Positions 14,512 through 26,978 of a DNA stretch of 64,000 bases are shown here, in pieces. The number at the start of each line of letters is the position of its first letter. The first letter of the stretch is position 1. The position numbers and the translations under genes are program-made. The stretch comes from Octopus sinensis (taxonomy: Eukaryota). The notes below the pieces were generated by a model that worked only from the letters and a program-made list of their open reading frames with translations, did no database searches and was not told where the DNA came from. Location of the stretch: NCBI RefSeq assembly GCF_006345805.1, contig NC_043005.1, positions 68,014,001 to 68,078,000 of the forward strand. The letters are read 5' to 3'.

Positions 14512-14594
14512 AAAATTGACTATATCACCTATCTGTCCACATTTGATCAGTTTTTTGATATTCCTAAAGACAAGAAAGGTGGCGCCTACAAAGA
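14512..14594 (+). CDS. SF3A3: SF3A3 exon, 83 nt: KIDYITYLSTFDQFFDIPKDKKGGAYK
   Basis: tttcag| ... |gtaagt; DYITYL...FDIPK motif. Confidence 0.97.
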
Positions 14595-15999
14595 GTAAGT
14601 TATTTGAGAAATTTTTCTATCCTTTATCTTTTACTTGTTTCACTCATTAGACAGCAGCCCTGCTTGAGCACCACCTTGTCGAATTTTTCTCGAAAGAATT
14701 GACCCCCGTACTTAATTTTTCTTTAAACCTGATACTTATTCTATCCTTTTTTGCTGAGCTGCTCTGTTTCAGGGACATAAACATACCAACACTGGTTGTT
14801 AAGTGGTAGTGGACACACATACACACATGACAGGCTTCTTTCTGTTTCTGATTAACAAATTCATTCACAAGGCTTTTGTCAACCTGAGTCTCTAGTAGAA
14901 GATACTTTCCCCAGATGCCATGCAGTGGGACTGAACCCAGAATCGTGGTTGAGAAGCAAACTTTTTAACCACACAACCACGCCTCTGCCTAATTGGGAAT
15001 ATTTTGTTTATTGTTGTTGTTGGTGTTGTTGTGGTGATCTGGCACATTGTTAGAGCATTGATAAAACTGCCCTTGCAGTATTTGTTCAAGTACTGGAGTT
15101 GGTAGTATCAGCTAACTCCTTCCCTTTAAAATTACAACAACAACAACATTAATGATAATAATAATAATAATAATAGAACGTGGTCGATACAAGCGCTGCC
15201 AGTGGCACGTAAAAAGCACCAACCGATTGTGGACATTGCCAGCCTCCTCTGGCACGTAAAAAGCACCCACTACACTCATGAAGTGGTTGCCGTTAGGAAG
15301 GGCATCGAGCTGTAGAAACACTGCCCGATCAGACTGGGCCTGGTGCAGCCTCCTGGCTTCCCAGACACCGGTCGAACCATCCAACCCATGCTAGCATGGA
15401 AAAATGGACGTTAAAACGATGATGATGATGATGTGGCAGCACACATGGAAACCATGCTTGTTTTATGTTGTTAGGAGCAAGTGATAGGTTGGAGACTGTT
15501 ATAGACTGTAGTGCATACCTTGACAGTTAGCCATGGCTTTTGGTTCAAGAGGCAAAACACTGTGAAAGGTCAATAACAGCAACTGAGAGAGAGAGGTGGT
15601 TGTGTGCAGTGGTACAAGGGGCAAATTTGCTCAGTTTGAATGGTGTACTGTATGAGTTTTATAGTTATATGCCGGACTTGTTTGCCCCCCCCCCCCACTC
15701 TTAGCAAACATCTACTGCAACTGATAGCAGATCGGGAGAATTATCAGTTCTGTAAGCTGGGGGTGTGTTAATGTTATTGAGAGAGATATCAATAAAGGTG
15801 ATATTATAGATTATTTCTCGCACATAACAATACTAAATGCAGAAATTAAGATTTTGGCCAAAACGTTAGCATAGAAGTTATGTGCAAGAAATAATGCAGT
15901 GTTTAGCAATACTGATTCTGTTGTCCGAATAAATGGCCACTTCATCTATTAGAACCATTTTGCATCACACTCTTGATCTATCAAAGATGTTTCCTTTTC

Positions 16000-17230
16000 T
16001 CTCTCTTGTACATTTTGGCACTGGAATTATTGTGAAGTTTGGAGACTGAGAGAAGTACCCCATCCATTTGAACTGGAACTGATAAGAGCTGTGTCTGCTT
16101 GTGCATTCAGTGCCAAAGGCTTTGGAAATCAAGGTAGTTGGCAGGTACACATCAGCTGGGTCAAGTCTTTGGGCTTGCTACTCAGTACTTAGAGAAGAAA
16201 ATTGATGCTGACCAGCATTGAATCTCTCTCTATACTAGAGCTGCTGGTGGAAAAAAAAAAATGAAAAAATGAAAATGGTAGGGTGGCATGTACTGAAGCT
16301 GACATGGCTGATGAGATTCCTGGAGTACTGAGCTGACACTGGTAACTGAATAAATTTGGGCACCTTCCATATAATAGATCTTTTTACAGTCCATCTTGAC
16401 CAAGCTGTTGTTCATACTCCAGAGCTTGGGCAGTTTCATATCTTGGATACTACCAAGCACAGTTGGACAGTGCAGTTAGTTTGTAGTCTGTAGATAGTAG
16501 GGTTCAAGTGATGATGCTTAGGAACAGTCTGAACAATCACTTCTGGAGGACTCTCAAATCTAGGATTATGGACAATTTTCAAAAGTCTTTGGCCTTGCAT
16601 TGCTACTGGTGAGCATTGCTTGCTTGGGATAAATGTACAGGCATAGAAGAGCTCTGACCAGAACTAATCTGAGATGCTTGCAAGATGACAAGAGTATCTT
16701 GTCCTGACTTACACTGAACTAGTATAATAGTGAGGGAAAGCTGTACCTTATAACCAGCCTTGCTCTGTTATCTCTGAATTGCTTGACTAGTGGCAAGGCA
16801 GGCCATGACAACTGGAAGTATACCAGAAATGCAGTGGGATGACCAGGGTGGTCTACATGTCTTGTACACATCCTGCAGTGATGTTGTTAGATATTGTCTT
16901 TCTGCCTATTGAAACGTAACCACTGTCAGTGAGTTTTTTTTGTGTTCAGTGTTTGGAAATCTGGTCTTGGGTGACAAGTCCTTACCAAATTTCACTGAGA
17001 TTTAAAAACTTCTTGGCTACTCTGAAACTAGTTTAGGGTGGCATACAGTAACATGCAGACAGTTTATTAAACCACAGATAAGAGCTGGGTGTCAGGCTTG
17101 AATCAATGGTAGATAAACTGTCTTGAAGAAGAATTGACAGGACTCCTGCCAAACATGCTGTCCTTCCATGACAGCCTCAGTGAATCATGCATGTAACATA
17201 TTGGCATCGCAGCTGGTAAGAAGGTTATTT
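16000..17230 (-). mobile_element. possible very old RTE-like relic
   Basis: QDGL*KDLLYG resembles the RTE C-terminal motif; few other motifs readable. Confidence 0.35.
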
Positions 17231-17841
17231 TTTATGTGTTTAACGGTGTGAAACCAGTGCTAAGGACTTGCCTTCAAGAGGCCGTAGGAGTTCTTGATAG
17301 TATTTGCATTGACTTACATGAAACTTTGTGTTTTTATCCACAGCTTGCTATCCAACTCTCCCCAATATCAAAGTTTAACTAGGCCATCACCAATTTCTTT
17401 GGGTTCCATACTTCACCCAACTTCTAATTCAATCATATATATTCTCATCCCCTCTTTAAAAAAATTTGAAGGAAACAAGGCTTCAAGCCATTAGTTCATA
17501 TCTCAGTATCTTATGATTTTTTCTCCGACAAAAATACTTAGTTCTTCTTAGGTTTAGCATTACCTTTTTCTCTATATAGTATCATGATTAATATTCATTA
17601 GAAGAATATTTTTCCCACTGATTGTTACCTTTCCTATCACTATGAACTCAATCTGAATTAGGAAAGGAGTTGAATCTTTTTTTTTTTTTTATGTTCAGCA
17701 AGATGCAAATGGAAAGTGCTAAAGAAATGCTATATATTATCAAAGCTTGGTAAATTGTGTTTTTGATCTGAAGTTCTGGAGTTAAATCTGTTTTACACGT
17801 CACAGTTGTTGCTAATATTTGAACGGCAAATATACTGAAGT

Positions 17842-18161
17842 GTGGAGGTACAATGGCCCAGTGGTTAGGGCAGCGGACTCGCAGTTGGAGGATCGTGGTT
17901 TCGATTCCCAGACCAGGCATTGTGTGTGTTTATTGAGCGAAAACACCTAAAGCTCCATGAGGTTCCGGCAGGGGGTGGTGGCACCCCCTGTTGTACTCTT
18001 TCAGCCCAACTTTCTCTCACTCTTTCTTCCTGTTTCTTGAGTAATGCTGCGATGGACTGGCGTCCCGTCCAGCTGGGGGGAACACATATGCCAAAGAAAC
18101 TGGGAAACTGGGCCCATAAGCCTGGCTAGGCTTGAAAAGGGGCGCATAAAAGTAAAAAAAT
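17842..18161 (+). mobile_element. tRNA-derived SINE family B with 12-bp TSD
   Basis: tggcccagtggttagg A-box, ggtttcgattccc B-box; atatactgaagt at 17830-17841 and 18162-18173. Confidence 0.88.
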
Positions 18162-18244
18162 ATATACTGAAGTAGTTTTAATCAACTGTATCTTTCTTAT
18201 GGCCTGATTCTTTAAAAAAATTTTTTTCTTCTTCTCTTTGCCAG

Positions 18245-18317
18245 TTATCTTCTGATGCTCCTTGAATATCTTGAAAGTTACATCTACAAAGTGAAACCAC
18301 TGCTTGATATGAATGAG
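18245..18317 (+). CDS. SF3A3: SF3A3 exon, 73 nt: YLLMLLEYLESYIYKVKPLLDMNE
   Basis: tttgccag| ... |gtatat; MLLEYL...VKPL motif. Confidence 0.96.
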
Positions 18318-18956
18318 GTATATTCACAGTACTTTTTTTCTTACCCTTTTTGCAGTTTTTAGCTCAGTTTTGTCTCGCACGTAAAAAGCACCATCCGATC
18401 GTGACCGTTTGCCAGCCTCGTCTGGCACCTGTGCTGGTGGCACGTAAAAAGCACCCACTACACTCACGGAGTGGTTGGCGTTAGGAAGGGCATCCAGCTG
18501 TAGAAACACTGCCAGATCAGACTGGGCCTGGTGCAGCCTCCTGGCTTCCCAGACCCCAGTTGAACCGTCCAACCCATGCTAGTATGGAAAGCGGACGTTA
18601 AACGATGATGATGATCTTAAAACTTTTACAAATGAGATGACTGGATTGAGACTAGCTCTTATAACTTTTGAATTCAAATCCACTGAAGGCATTTTGTTGT
18701 TTCTGGGTAAGGAACTCTACTTTACATGCCTTGTTTCATCTAGCTGTCAGAAACAGGAAATGTAATTGTCAAAGTTTTCTACATTTGACTAACATCTTGT
18801 TCAGGAGGGGAATTACCTGGTCATTCATAACAAAATATTGTGTGTGTTGATTACCATAAATCGTTCTATGCTACTGTGAATGGAATGGTTTTGCTGGAGC
18901 AGTTATTTTAATAACTGGTTGCCTTTCATTGAGAACTATACTGAGACAAGTTGATT

Positions 18957-18969
18957 TTGCTTCGGCAAT

Positions 18970-19009
<40 letters not shown>

Positions 19010-19058
19010 GGCCCCTGCGCAAGGATGCCATGCAAATTCGTGAAGTGTTCCATATTTT
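18957..19058 (+). pseudogene. U6: U6 snRNA retrocopy, nearly full length
   Basis: ttgcttcggcaatacatatactaaaattggaacgatacagagaagattagcatggcccctgcgcaaggatg...ttccatatttt; ACAGAGA box and AGC triad intact; 5' end missing; two CpG transitions and one A>C in the ISL relative to the recalled U6 consensus. Confidence 0.95.
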
Positions 19059-19061
19059 CTA

Positions 19062-19480
19062 AAAAGGCGACGAGCTTGCAGAAATGTTAGCATGCTGGGC
19101 GAAATACTTAGTGGTATTTCATCAGCCGCTACTTTCTGAGTTCAAATTCCGCCGAGGTCGACTTTGTCTTTCATCCTTTCGGAGTCGATTAAATAAGTAC
19201 CAGTTACGCACTGGGGTTGATATAATCGACTTAATCTGTTTGTCTGTCCTTGTTTGTCCTCTCTGTGTTTAGCCCCTTGTGGGTAGTAAAGAAATAGGTA
19301 TTTCGTTAGCCGCTACTTTCTGAGTTCAAATTCCGCCGAGGTCGACTTTGCCATTCATCCTTTCGGGGTCGATTAAATAAGTACCAGTTACGCACTGGGG
19401 TCGATATAATCGACTTAATCCGTTTGTCTGTCCTTGTTTGTCCCCTCTGTGTGTAGCCCCTTGTGGGGCAGTAAAGAGAT
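19062..19480 (+). mobile_element. tRNA-derived SINE (family C, Meta-domain-like core) with a 184-bp internal tandem duplication, fused behind U6
   Basis: aaggcgacgagcttgcagaa head, gagttcaaattcc B-box, ctttcatcctttcggggtcgat core; same family at about 1-68, 24440-24670, 46800-47030, 47680-47855, 48130-48360, 48412-48650, 56430-56635, 58050-58250, 63330-63520. Confidence 0.9.
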
Positions 19481-19754
19481 AAGTTGATTTTGCTGAAGTC
19501 CATGACAATAGCTATAGTAGCAAGGTTCAGAATAACAATTCAGTGCTCTGGGATCCATCATTTCAATTTTCCAGCTATTGTGAGTCTATATTCATGGTAC
19601 CTGTTTGTTATCCTCAGAGAAAGTTAGAAAATCAGTGCTTGGTATTGTAAATTTGGGATGTATTGAGTACAGCTTTGGTTCAAATATCTGTTAAACAAAT
19701 TTAATTTTCATTTCTATTTATTATCTTGCTCCCTTATTTTTGTCTGTTTTTCAG

Positions 19755-19820
19755 GAAATGGAATCTGTTATGAAAGATTTTGAGTGGCACTGGAGTGAAG
19801 GCACATTTATTGGATGGCCT
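19755..19820 (+). CDS. SF3A3: SF3A3 exon, 66 nt: EMESVMKDFEWHWSEGTFIGWP
   Basis: ttttcag| ... |gtaagt; GTFxGWP motif. Confidence 0.95.
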
Positions 19821-20083
19821 GTAAGTTGCTTCTAATTTGCCTTGGTTTTAATTCGCTATTTGCAAAATCCTTAGTTTATTCTATATACATAATGTAAAAA
19901 AATTACTTATTGAATGAATGAATGCTATTAGACAAAATACAACTGTATAACTTTGAGGCTTCCATGATAGTATACCAGTATAATATTTAAAAACGAAATT
20001 AAGAAGTGATTTTGTCGCTATGGCTGTTTGGAATGCTATAAGCCTTATAATAACTGTGATTGCTGATATTTCTAGCACATTAA

Positions 20084-20297
20084 CCCTTTCGTTACCAAAC
20101 CGGCTGAAACTGGCTCTGAGTACAAATGTCTTGTTTTCATAAGTTTTGAATTAAAATCTTCCACCAAACCTTAGTCACAATTTATGTTCCTAACACTAGC
20201 TTAATGATAACTAAGTTATATTACTAAATTCTTTGTTAGATTTGAAATAATTGAAAGAAACACGAAGCATCTCAAAATAAATATGGTAATGAAAGGG
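20084..20297. mobile_element. piggyBac-like MITE
   Basis: TTAA|CCCTTTC ... GAAAGGG|TTAA. Confidence 0.8.
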
Positions 20298-20922
20298 TTA
20301 AATGTGCTAGGATTATCACAACTGTGATAAATTACTGAAAGAAATATTTACTAAGCAAGTGAGATTTTTTATAAATTGAAGTTTTCAGGAAAATTTAATT
20401 TTTGAGTTTCCTTAAGCACCATCCGTTCGTGGCCATTGCCAGCCTCGCCTGGCCCCCGTGCCGGTGGCACGTAAAAAGCACCATCCGATCATGGCCGTTG
20501 CCAGCCGTCCGTGGCTGTTTGCCAGCTCCGTCTGGTACCTGTGCGGGTGGCACGTAAAAAGCACTCACTACACTCACGGAGTGGTTGGCGTTAGGAAGGG
20601 CATCCAGCCGTAGAAACACTGCCAGATCAGACTGGGCCTGATGCAGCCTTCTGGCTTCACAGACCCTAGTTGAACTGTTGAACCCATGCTAGCATGGAAA
20701 GCGGACGCTAAACGATGATGATGATATTGAATATTTCAAGTTCACAAATTTAAATATTCAGTTCAAGATAGTTTGGCATTCTTTCCCTTGAACCTGCACA
20801 CTTTGTTAATTTCTGTAAAAATTTTTTATTTATTTACTTTTTGTACACCATGTTCAGTTCTGTGTATTTCTAGTCAGTCACACATGCACACATGTTTTTG
20901 TATGTACATTTGTATACATTTA

Positions 20923-20961
<39 letters not shown>

Positions 20962-21319
20962 AGGGGTGTGTTGTCATGTATAGGTATGTACATAAATACA
21001 TATGCATACATCTTTTTGGTATGTATGTGTGTGTATGTGAGACAGCATAAGAGAGAATGATGTCTAAGTGGCGGCACTCACTCACACACACATGTCCATT
21101 TCATATACACTTACATACATCTTTTACTTTCTCCTCTCTTTCACTTTTAAACAAAAGTAAATAAGTAAACCTTTTTTTTACGAAAATTAATAAAAAAAAT
21201 CAGCTGTTTATTTTGGCATTTCTGAGAGTTCAACCCAAAGAATGCCGATAGTTTTCACTTATCCGATTTTTTTCATTTCATGTTTATTTCATTTATTGTT
21301 TTCAATGTTCTCCCCCCCA

Positions 21320-21525
21320 CACACACACACTGTCTCTCTAATATAAACACACACACACACTCTCTGTAATATAAACACACACACACTCTCTCTATAATAT
21401 AAACACACACACATTGTCTCTGTAATATAAACACACACGCATTGTCTCTGTAATATAAACACACACACATTGTCTCTGTAATATAAACATACACACTATC
21501 ACTGTAATATAAACACACACATACA
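21320..21525. repeat. compound minisatellite (CA)n-ttgtctctgtaatataaa, about 7 units
   Basis: units directly visible. Confidence 0.9.
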
Positions 21526-21643
21526 CTCCAGGTTTGACTAGCAGAAATCTACCTGGAGGGTGGTCTTTCTGCTAGTATGATTTATGATAAAAAGTTAAAC
21601 ATGCCATCACCTACTGAACTTAATTTAATATATTTTTCTACAG

Positions 21644-21712
21644 AAAGAAACTACTGGTGCCTTGACTCATGCTGGTGCTCATTTAGACTTATCTGCTTTT
21701 TCATCATGGGAG
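21644..21712 (+). CDS. SF3A3: SF3A3 exon, 69 nt: KETTGALTHAGAHLDLSAFSSWE
   Basis: ctacag| ... |gtgagt; near-identical to recalled human sequence. Confidence 0.98.
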
Positions 21713-22124
21713 GTGAGTTGTGTTTTCAAATGTCAAGTTACATTAGTGTTTATGACCTTTCGTTCTATATGCAGTCTGCTTAATTATTTTACAAGTTGGA
21801 CAGATCTTCATGCAGATTCCCAACCCACTCTATGATGTATTGCATGACAAACAAGTTATCGTGGATAGATCTGCAAGAATCAAACAGGTTTGTGCATCTC
21901 AGACTACAGTGCTGACGACACCCAACAACCATTTACACTAAAGATCTAGGGTTTTCTGGGGGTTTTTTTGTACTAAAATGATGTATCAGTTTGTTATAGT
22001 TTCTTCACCTAGATGCAGAAATCATTGTATTATGTCAGAAATATGGAGTTCACAGGCATTCTGCCTCCCGTAGAATTTATGCCAGCTAACTTAGTAGACA
22101 GCTGGGAAAAATTTCTGTAGTATA

Positions 22125-22420
22125 ATAATAATAATGAAATTATTGTATACAGTGCTCAGGTGCACCACAACTTGTCAAAAGTGCAAGTAAAGCATATGCA
22201 GTAATGTAGAAATGTCTGGAAAGCGAACAGTGTATGAGTCAGATACATGCTTGCGTGTGTATGGAGGGGAGAAAATCAGGTGTAGTGTTGGCGAATCTCA
22301 GGAAGCATGGAAGTTTTGAAGGATGCAGCACTCCGACAACTAACAACTGATGCCAGCAGTTTGTTCCATGCTTCAGCAACTCTTAGCGTGAAAAAATGTT
22401 TAGGGAAGTACTCAAATCGA
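22125..22420 (-). mobile_element. CR1-type LINE 3' fragment
   Basis: FFTLRVAEAWNKLLASVVSCRSAASFK, (ATT)n tail. Confidence 0.8.
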
Positions 22421-23049
22421 TGTTTGAGTACCTCCCTAAAGGACAAGAAGAATCGATACAGGTTAAATGTTTATTTATTTGGTTTGAGATAAGGTGGGAA
22501 AGATGTTTACAACACTCACTAGGTTACTCAAAGCATACATCTATATGACCCATCTCCAACCTAAGTTAGATCCTGTGTTTAGCAGGTTCATATTTAACAG
22601 TAAGGTGAAGGCCAGTAACCATGGAGTAGTTCACGACTAAATGTCTTTTGGTTGTGGGTTGTCTGTATTTTGATCCAAAAGAAGTGCTTTGACATAGAAT
22701 CATGTTTGGTACTAACTCAATTAATGAAAATCTCAATAATGAAAGGAATCACCTTATGCTTGTTAAAACCATCTAGCTTGGTACAGTCATGAACACTTGT
22801 ATGAATAACTTGAAAAGATGATCAAGCTGGGAATACTCATGTATTGAGTAAACATTGTGAACATACAAACTGAACTTACAAAATGTGTACTAGTAACCAA
22901 ATACGATTATACACTGCTAGACTAGAGTTTTGTTGATGTTTTGACCACTGACAAATTTCCTAATACTTGTGAAGATATAAATGTATATGGAGCCACTTCT
23001 TTGTAATAACCAGCTGCAAACATACAGAGAAGGCCTTTTGCCTAGCCTG

Positions 23050-24395
23050 AGGATAAGACTTGCAAAAGGTGCTGGAAATGTGATTGTAATGAGGGAAAAT
23101 GTTATTGTGGAAAGCTGGATCAAATTTATCAAATACAGAATTTATATATAATAGCAACAGGGACAACAACTTATCAATTATCATATCAGTGTTATAAGTC
23201 AATTATTGTACGTAATCATCACTAAGCATTTATAAATCTTGGTTCAAACTAAACACTGGTGAAAGTATATATTTGATACAGAGCTTCATGTTAATATTTA
23301 TGTTCCTAATAACTTCATATAAATCACTTTGAATGTATGTTCCAGTGAGGTCATTGAATGAATTATCAGGTCGTGTAAGTTCTCCTTCCCAAATCCATGG
23401 AAGTCAGATACAGAAACTGGAAACTTGTTGCTTACATTTCACATTGGTGTAACATGCCTTAATGTTTGCTGTACTTTACCAATCACTGGACTATTAGTAT
23501 GTGAAGAAGTGATATTACATCATCTGCCAGGTGTATGTACTGTTGATGTACACTTAGATGCTACTCCTGACATCCTGACACACATCCACCATCTGAAGTA
23601 TCCAACACTGTCGCTTGGAGATATTCCCATTTAGTAGATTAATTCAGAGGTTATGGTTACCTCTGGAGATTTGTATAAGGTAATTCCAAACGAAATTCAT
23701 AGTGACATTTAACCTAGTGTTGTTGCACATTTTTTAAAGTAAGAAATACTCAGATTATTGGACCATTAAATTAAATGAAACCTCCAGTTATCTATCACAT
23801 TCAACACATCCATTATGAAAAGTGTTACTGCTTTTTCATTTAGCCTTTCAACTAAAATCTTTGCTGAATGAATTTCAGCATAAGCCTTAAGAATGTTGCC
23901 ATAATTGTTAAAGATATTGATTGCATTCAGTAAAAGTTGGAGTGAACATATTTATAACCAGAAAATTGCTCATTGATGAGAAATTCAATGTATGCCAGTC
24001 TGAAGGTAAATACTTGGGCTGTACATTGTTAGTTGAAGGTAGTAAACTAGACTCTAGTGCCATTAAAAATCTCCAGAAAACTTTACATGTCCAACTCTTT
24101 TCCAAATGTAACTGACTTTACTAAATCAAAGAAACAACCACTTTCTTCACAGTTACATTTTAATATGAAAGATAAATATATTGTCATGGTTACATACATT
24201 GTTTCTAGATTACGAAAGTTAATCTCATCTGACTTTGATCCATCTAAAGACATTGTTCTGCAAATATATGTTTACAATTATGGTCATGGAACTATTCTGT
24301 CATAGAATGCTAGACTTGCATCTTGCATATCAACTCAATCCTTCTGAAATAAATGACACCAAGATTGGAAAAAATCTGATGTTAGGCTATAGGTA
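23050..24395 (+). mobile_element. decayed Ty3/Gypsy LTR-retrotransposon gag-pol relic
   Basis: ordered motifs: Cys knuckle-like GKCYCGKL, FKLNTGES (protease-like), DYWTIKLNETSSYL/TFNT and IVKDI (RT), EGKYLG, DFDPSKDIVLQ..NYGHGTILS and LNPSEINDTKIGKNL (RNase H). Confidence 0.65.
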
Positions 24396-25224
24396 ATTCA
24401 CTTAGTACATATATGAATAAATGGTACTTGTTTAGTCACAAGCTGGCAGAATTGTTAGCATGCCGGGCGAAATGCATAGCCGTATTTCGTCTGCTGTTAC
24501 GTTCTGAGTTCCAATTCCACAGAGGTCGACTTTGCCTTTCATCCTTTCGGGGTCGATAAATTAAGTACCAGTTACGCACTGGGGTTGATGTAATCAACTT
24601 AATTCATTTGTCTGTCCTTGTTTGTCCCCTCTGTGTTTAGCCCCTTGTGGGTAGTAAAGAAATAGGTACTTGTTTAGCCTGACCATTAGTATCTGCAGTT
24701 CCTTATGTGTTGCATTAGCATTTGATTTTGTGGTTGTTGAGGTACTACACAATTTGAAACTTGTTCAATTACCAAGGAAGTAGTTGTGTGGTAGAAAGCT
24801 TGTTTCCCAACCATGTGGCCTTAGGTTCAGTCCCACTGCGCAGTACCTTGGGCAAGTATCTTCCATAATAGCTCTGGGCCAACCAAAGCCTTGTGAGTGG
24901 ATTTGGTAGATGTAGACTGCCTGGAAGCCCATAGTATATATGTATATTTATGTGTGTGTGTGTCTTTGTGTTTGTCCTCCACCACTTCTTGACAACCATT
25001 GTTGGTTTGATTATATCCCCATAAATTAATAGTTTGGCAAAAAGGATGTCCCACCTGTGCTAGCATGGGTGGCAGATGTTAAACAATGATGATGGTGATG
25101 ATGATGAAACCAGTAGAATAAGCACCAGGTTCAAAACTAATTACTGGGGTCAATTTGTTTGGCTGAACCTTTCAAGGCAGTGCCCCAGCATGGCCACAGT
25201 ATAAAAACTGAAACAAGTAAAAAA

Positions 25225-25460
25225 TCATCATCATCATGTATTGTATGTCTGCATTGCAGTGATAACACTACAATGAAAATCTTCCTGATTAAGCATGAGT
25301 TCTCCAACTGCCTTACCACTCTTGTTCAGCCAGCTGGTGATATTGTCCATTCACTGCGTTCTTTGCTTGCCTCTTGATCTACTACCCTCTGCTCTTCCTT
25401 CCATGCTTATATTTTCCAGACCTCTGCTTCTTTGAATATGGCCATTATAAAGGAGCTTTT
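25225..25460 (-). mobile_element. RTE-type LINE 3' fragment
   Basis: GHIQRSRGLENISMEGRAEGSRSRGKQRTQ*MDNI. Confidence 0.6.
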
Positions 25461-26581
25461 GTTTTTTCAAAACAATGTTCAGGAGCTGTCATCTTCCACC
25501 TACTTGTTGTAAAATATAAAATACGGAGTCTGTAGTACAAGAAGATGATCATATCAATAGTTATTGCCTGTTTGGAGAAACATATCTGAATTGAGTTGGC
25601 AATCAATACCGGAGAACCGGAATTTTTATTGATGTGCCATCATGTGGTGAATGGTCCCAAATGAAAAGTTAAACAATTGCTTATTCACTGTGACCTTAGA
25701 AAGGACATGTTATAAAGGACTTTATGCAGGACATATTGGGGTTGAAAGTACACTTAATCATCATCATCGTTTAACGTCCGCTTTCCATGCTAGCATGGGT
25801 TGGACGATTTGACTGAGGACTGGCGAACCAGAAGGCTGCACCAGGCTCCAATCTTGATCTGGCAGAGTTTCTACAGCTGGATGCCCTTCCTAACGCCAAC
25901 CACTCCGACAGTGTAGTGGGTGCTCAGTTTTGAAAGTAATTTGGTAAATTTTAAGCAGTCTTCGCATTTTTATAAAATTCCCTCAGTTTCATGTTTAGTG
26001 TTTACTTCCAATTTATCTTGGGATAACAAAGACTTTAGCCTTCTTATTATAGCATTATATACTAAGAATATTACAATAATCGTAATGTAAAGACCTATAT
26101 GTAACTTCTCTGAAAGACCTGTTTGTTAGCCCAATGTTAGACTTGATTGAGCACATTTATTTTTGAGTTCCAACCATGCTTATTCCATCTTTTATTAAGC
26201 TTAGTTTATCTTGGACCATATTTTCCAATGTATCCTGCCTTTTTCAAAAAGGGTAGAATATGGCTTGAGGAGATTCGGCTGCTATTTCTTTTAATTTGAG
26301 CAACCACATAAAAGCTCATAAATTTACTACTTTTGCCATTCCACTCCCAAATTCATCTGGCTGATGGAAATCATAAGTCTAACTATCAGTAGTATCTCAA
26401 TGTGATCAGTGGCCACTTAATAGTGATAGGCTTTTTATTAACTGCAGTAACCCATCTATTGAAGTCTCATGTGATTCAGTGAGAGATCAGTAGCTGCTCA
26501 ACCGCTACGCATGTAATATATACTGTAATGGATCAGCTCACAATTGCAGTCTTCTAACACTATTCAATCAGAGATCAGTTA

Positions 26582-26978
26582 TCTCTATATATATAAAGCT
26601 GAAGTTGTCTGTGTATGGCAGGTTTGGTAGCCTTCAACTAACACTATCTCCTTTGAGACTCTGTGGCGCAAGTTGACCAAAATTGTGAGTATGATAGAAG
26701 GCGGCTTGCTCTTCATTCCATAGAAGATAAAATTCAAATCGGACCATGTTAACACCAAAAATTATTTACATCAAAAAGGTGCTTTTTTTTTTCTATGAAA
26801 AGCCCTATTTGTACAATTTTTTGACAGCTGTGTCACACTATCTTTCCGGTGTATTTCAAACAGAAAAATATTCACTTAAAGAGAATAACAAGCTACATAA
26901 GGCAAAATTTTTACTTTTCAAAAATTCCAATTCTAAAGGGTCGAAACAAACCCGAGCAACGCTGGGTGATACTGCTAG
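26582..26978 (+). mobile_element. non-autonomous Helitron
   Basis: A|TC...cccgagcaacgctggg...CTAG|T. Confidence 0.8.

Noticed and set aside
18957-19058. Functional U6 gene
   Set aside because: 5' stem truncated, CpG decay and ISL substitution, no recognisable upstream promoter, and enclosed in a TSD with a SINE
22404-22435. Small hairpin at the CR1 5' truncation
   Set aside because: A single short stem that is not distinguishable from chance without family alignment
22500-23760. FLYWCH/MULE transposase-like fragments on the - strand
   Set aside because: Matches were vague, and the + strand gives ordered Gypsy motifs that explain most of the same DNA better
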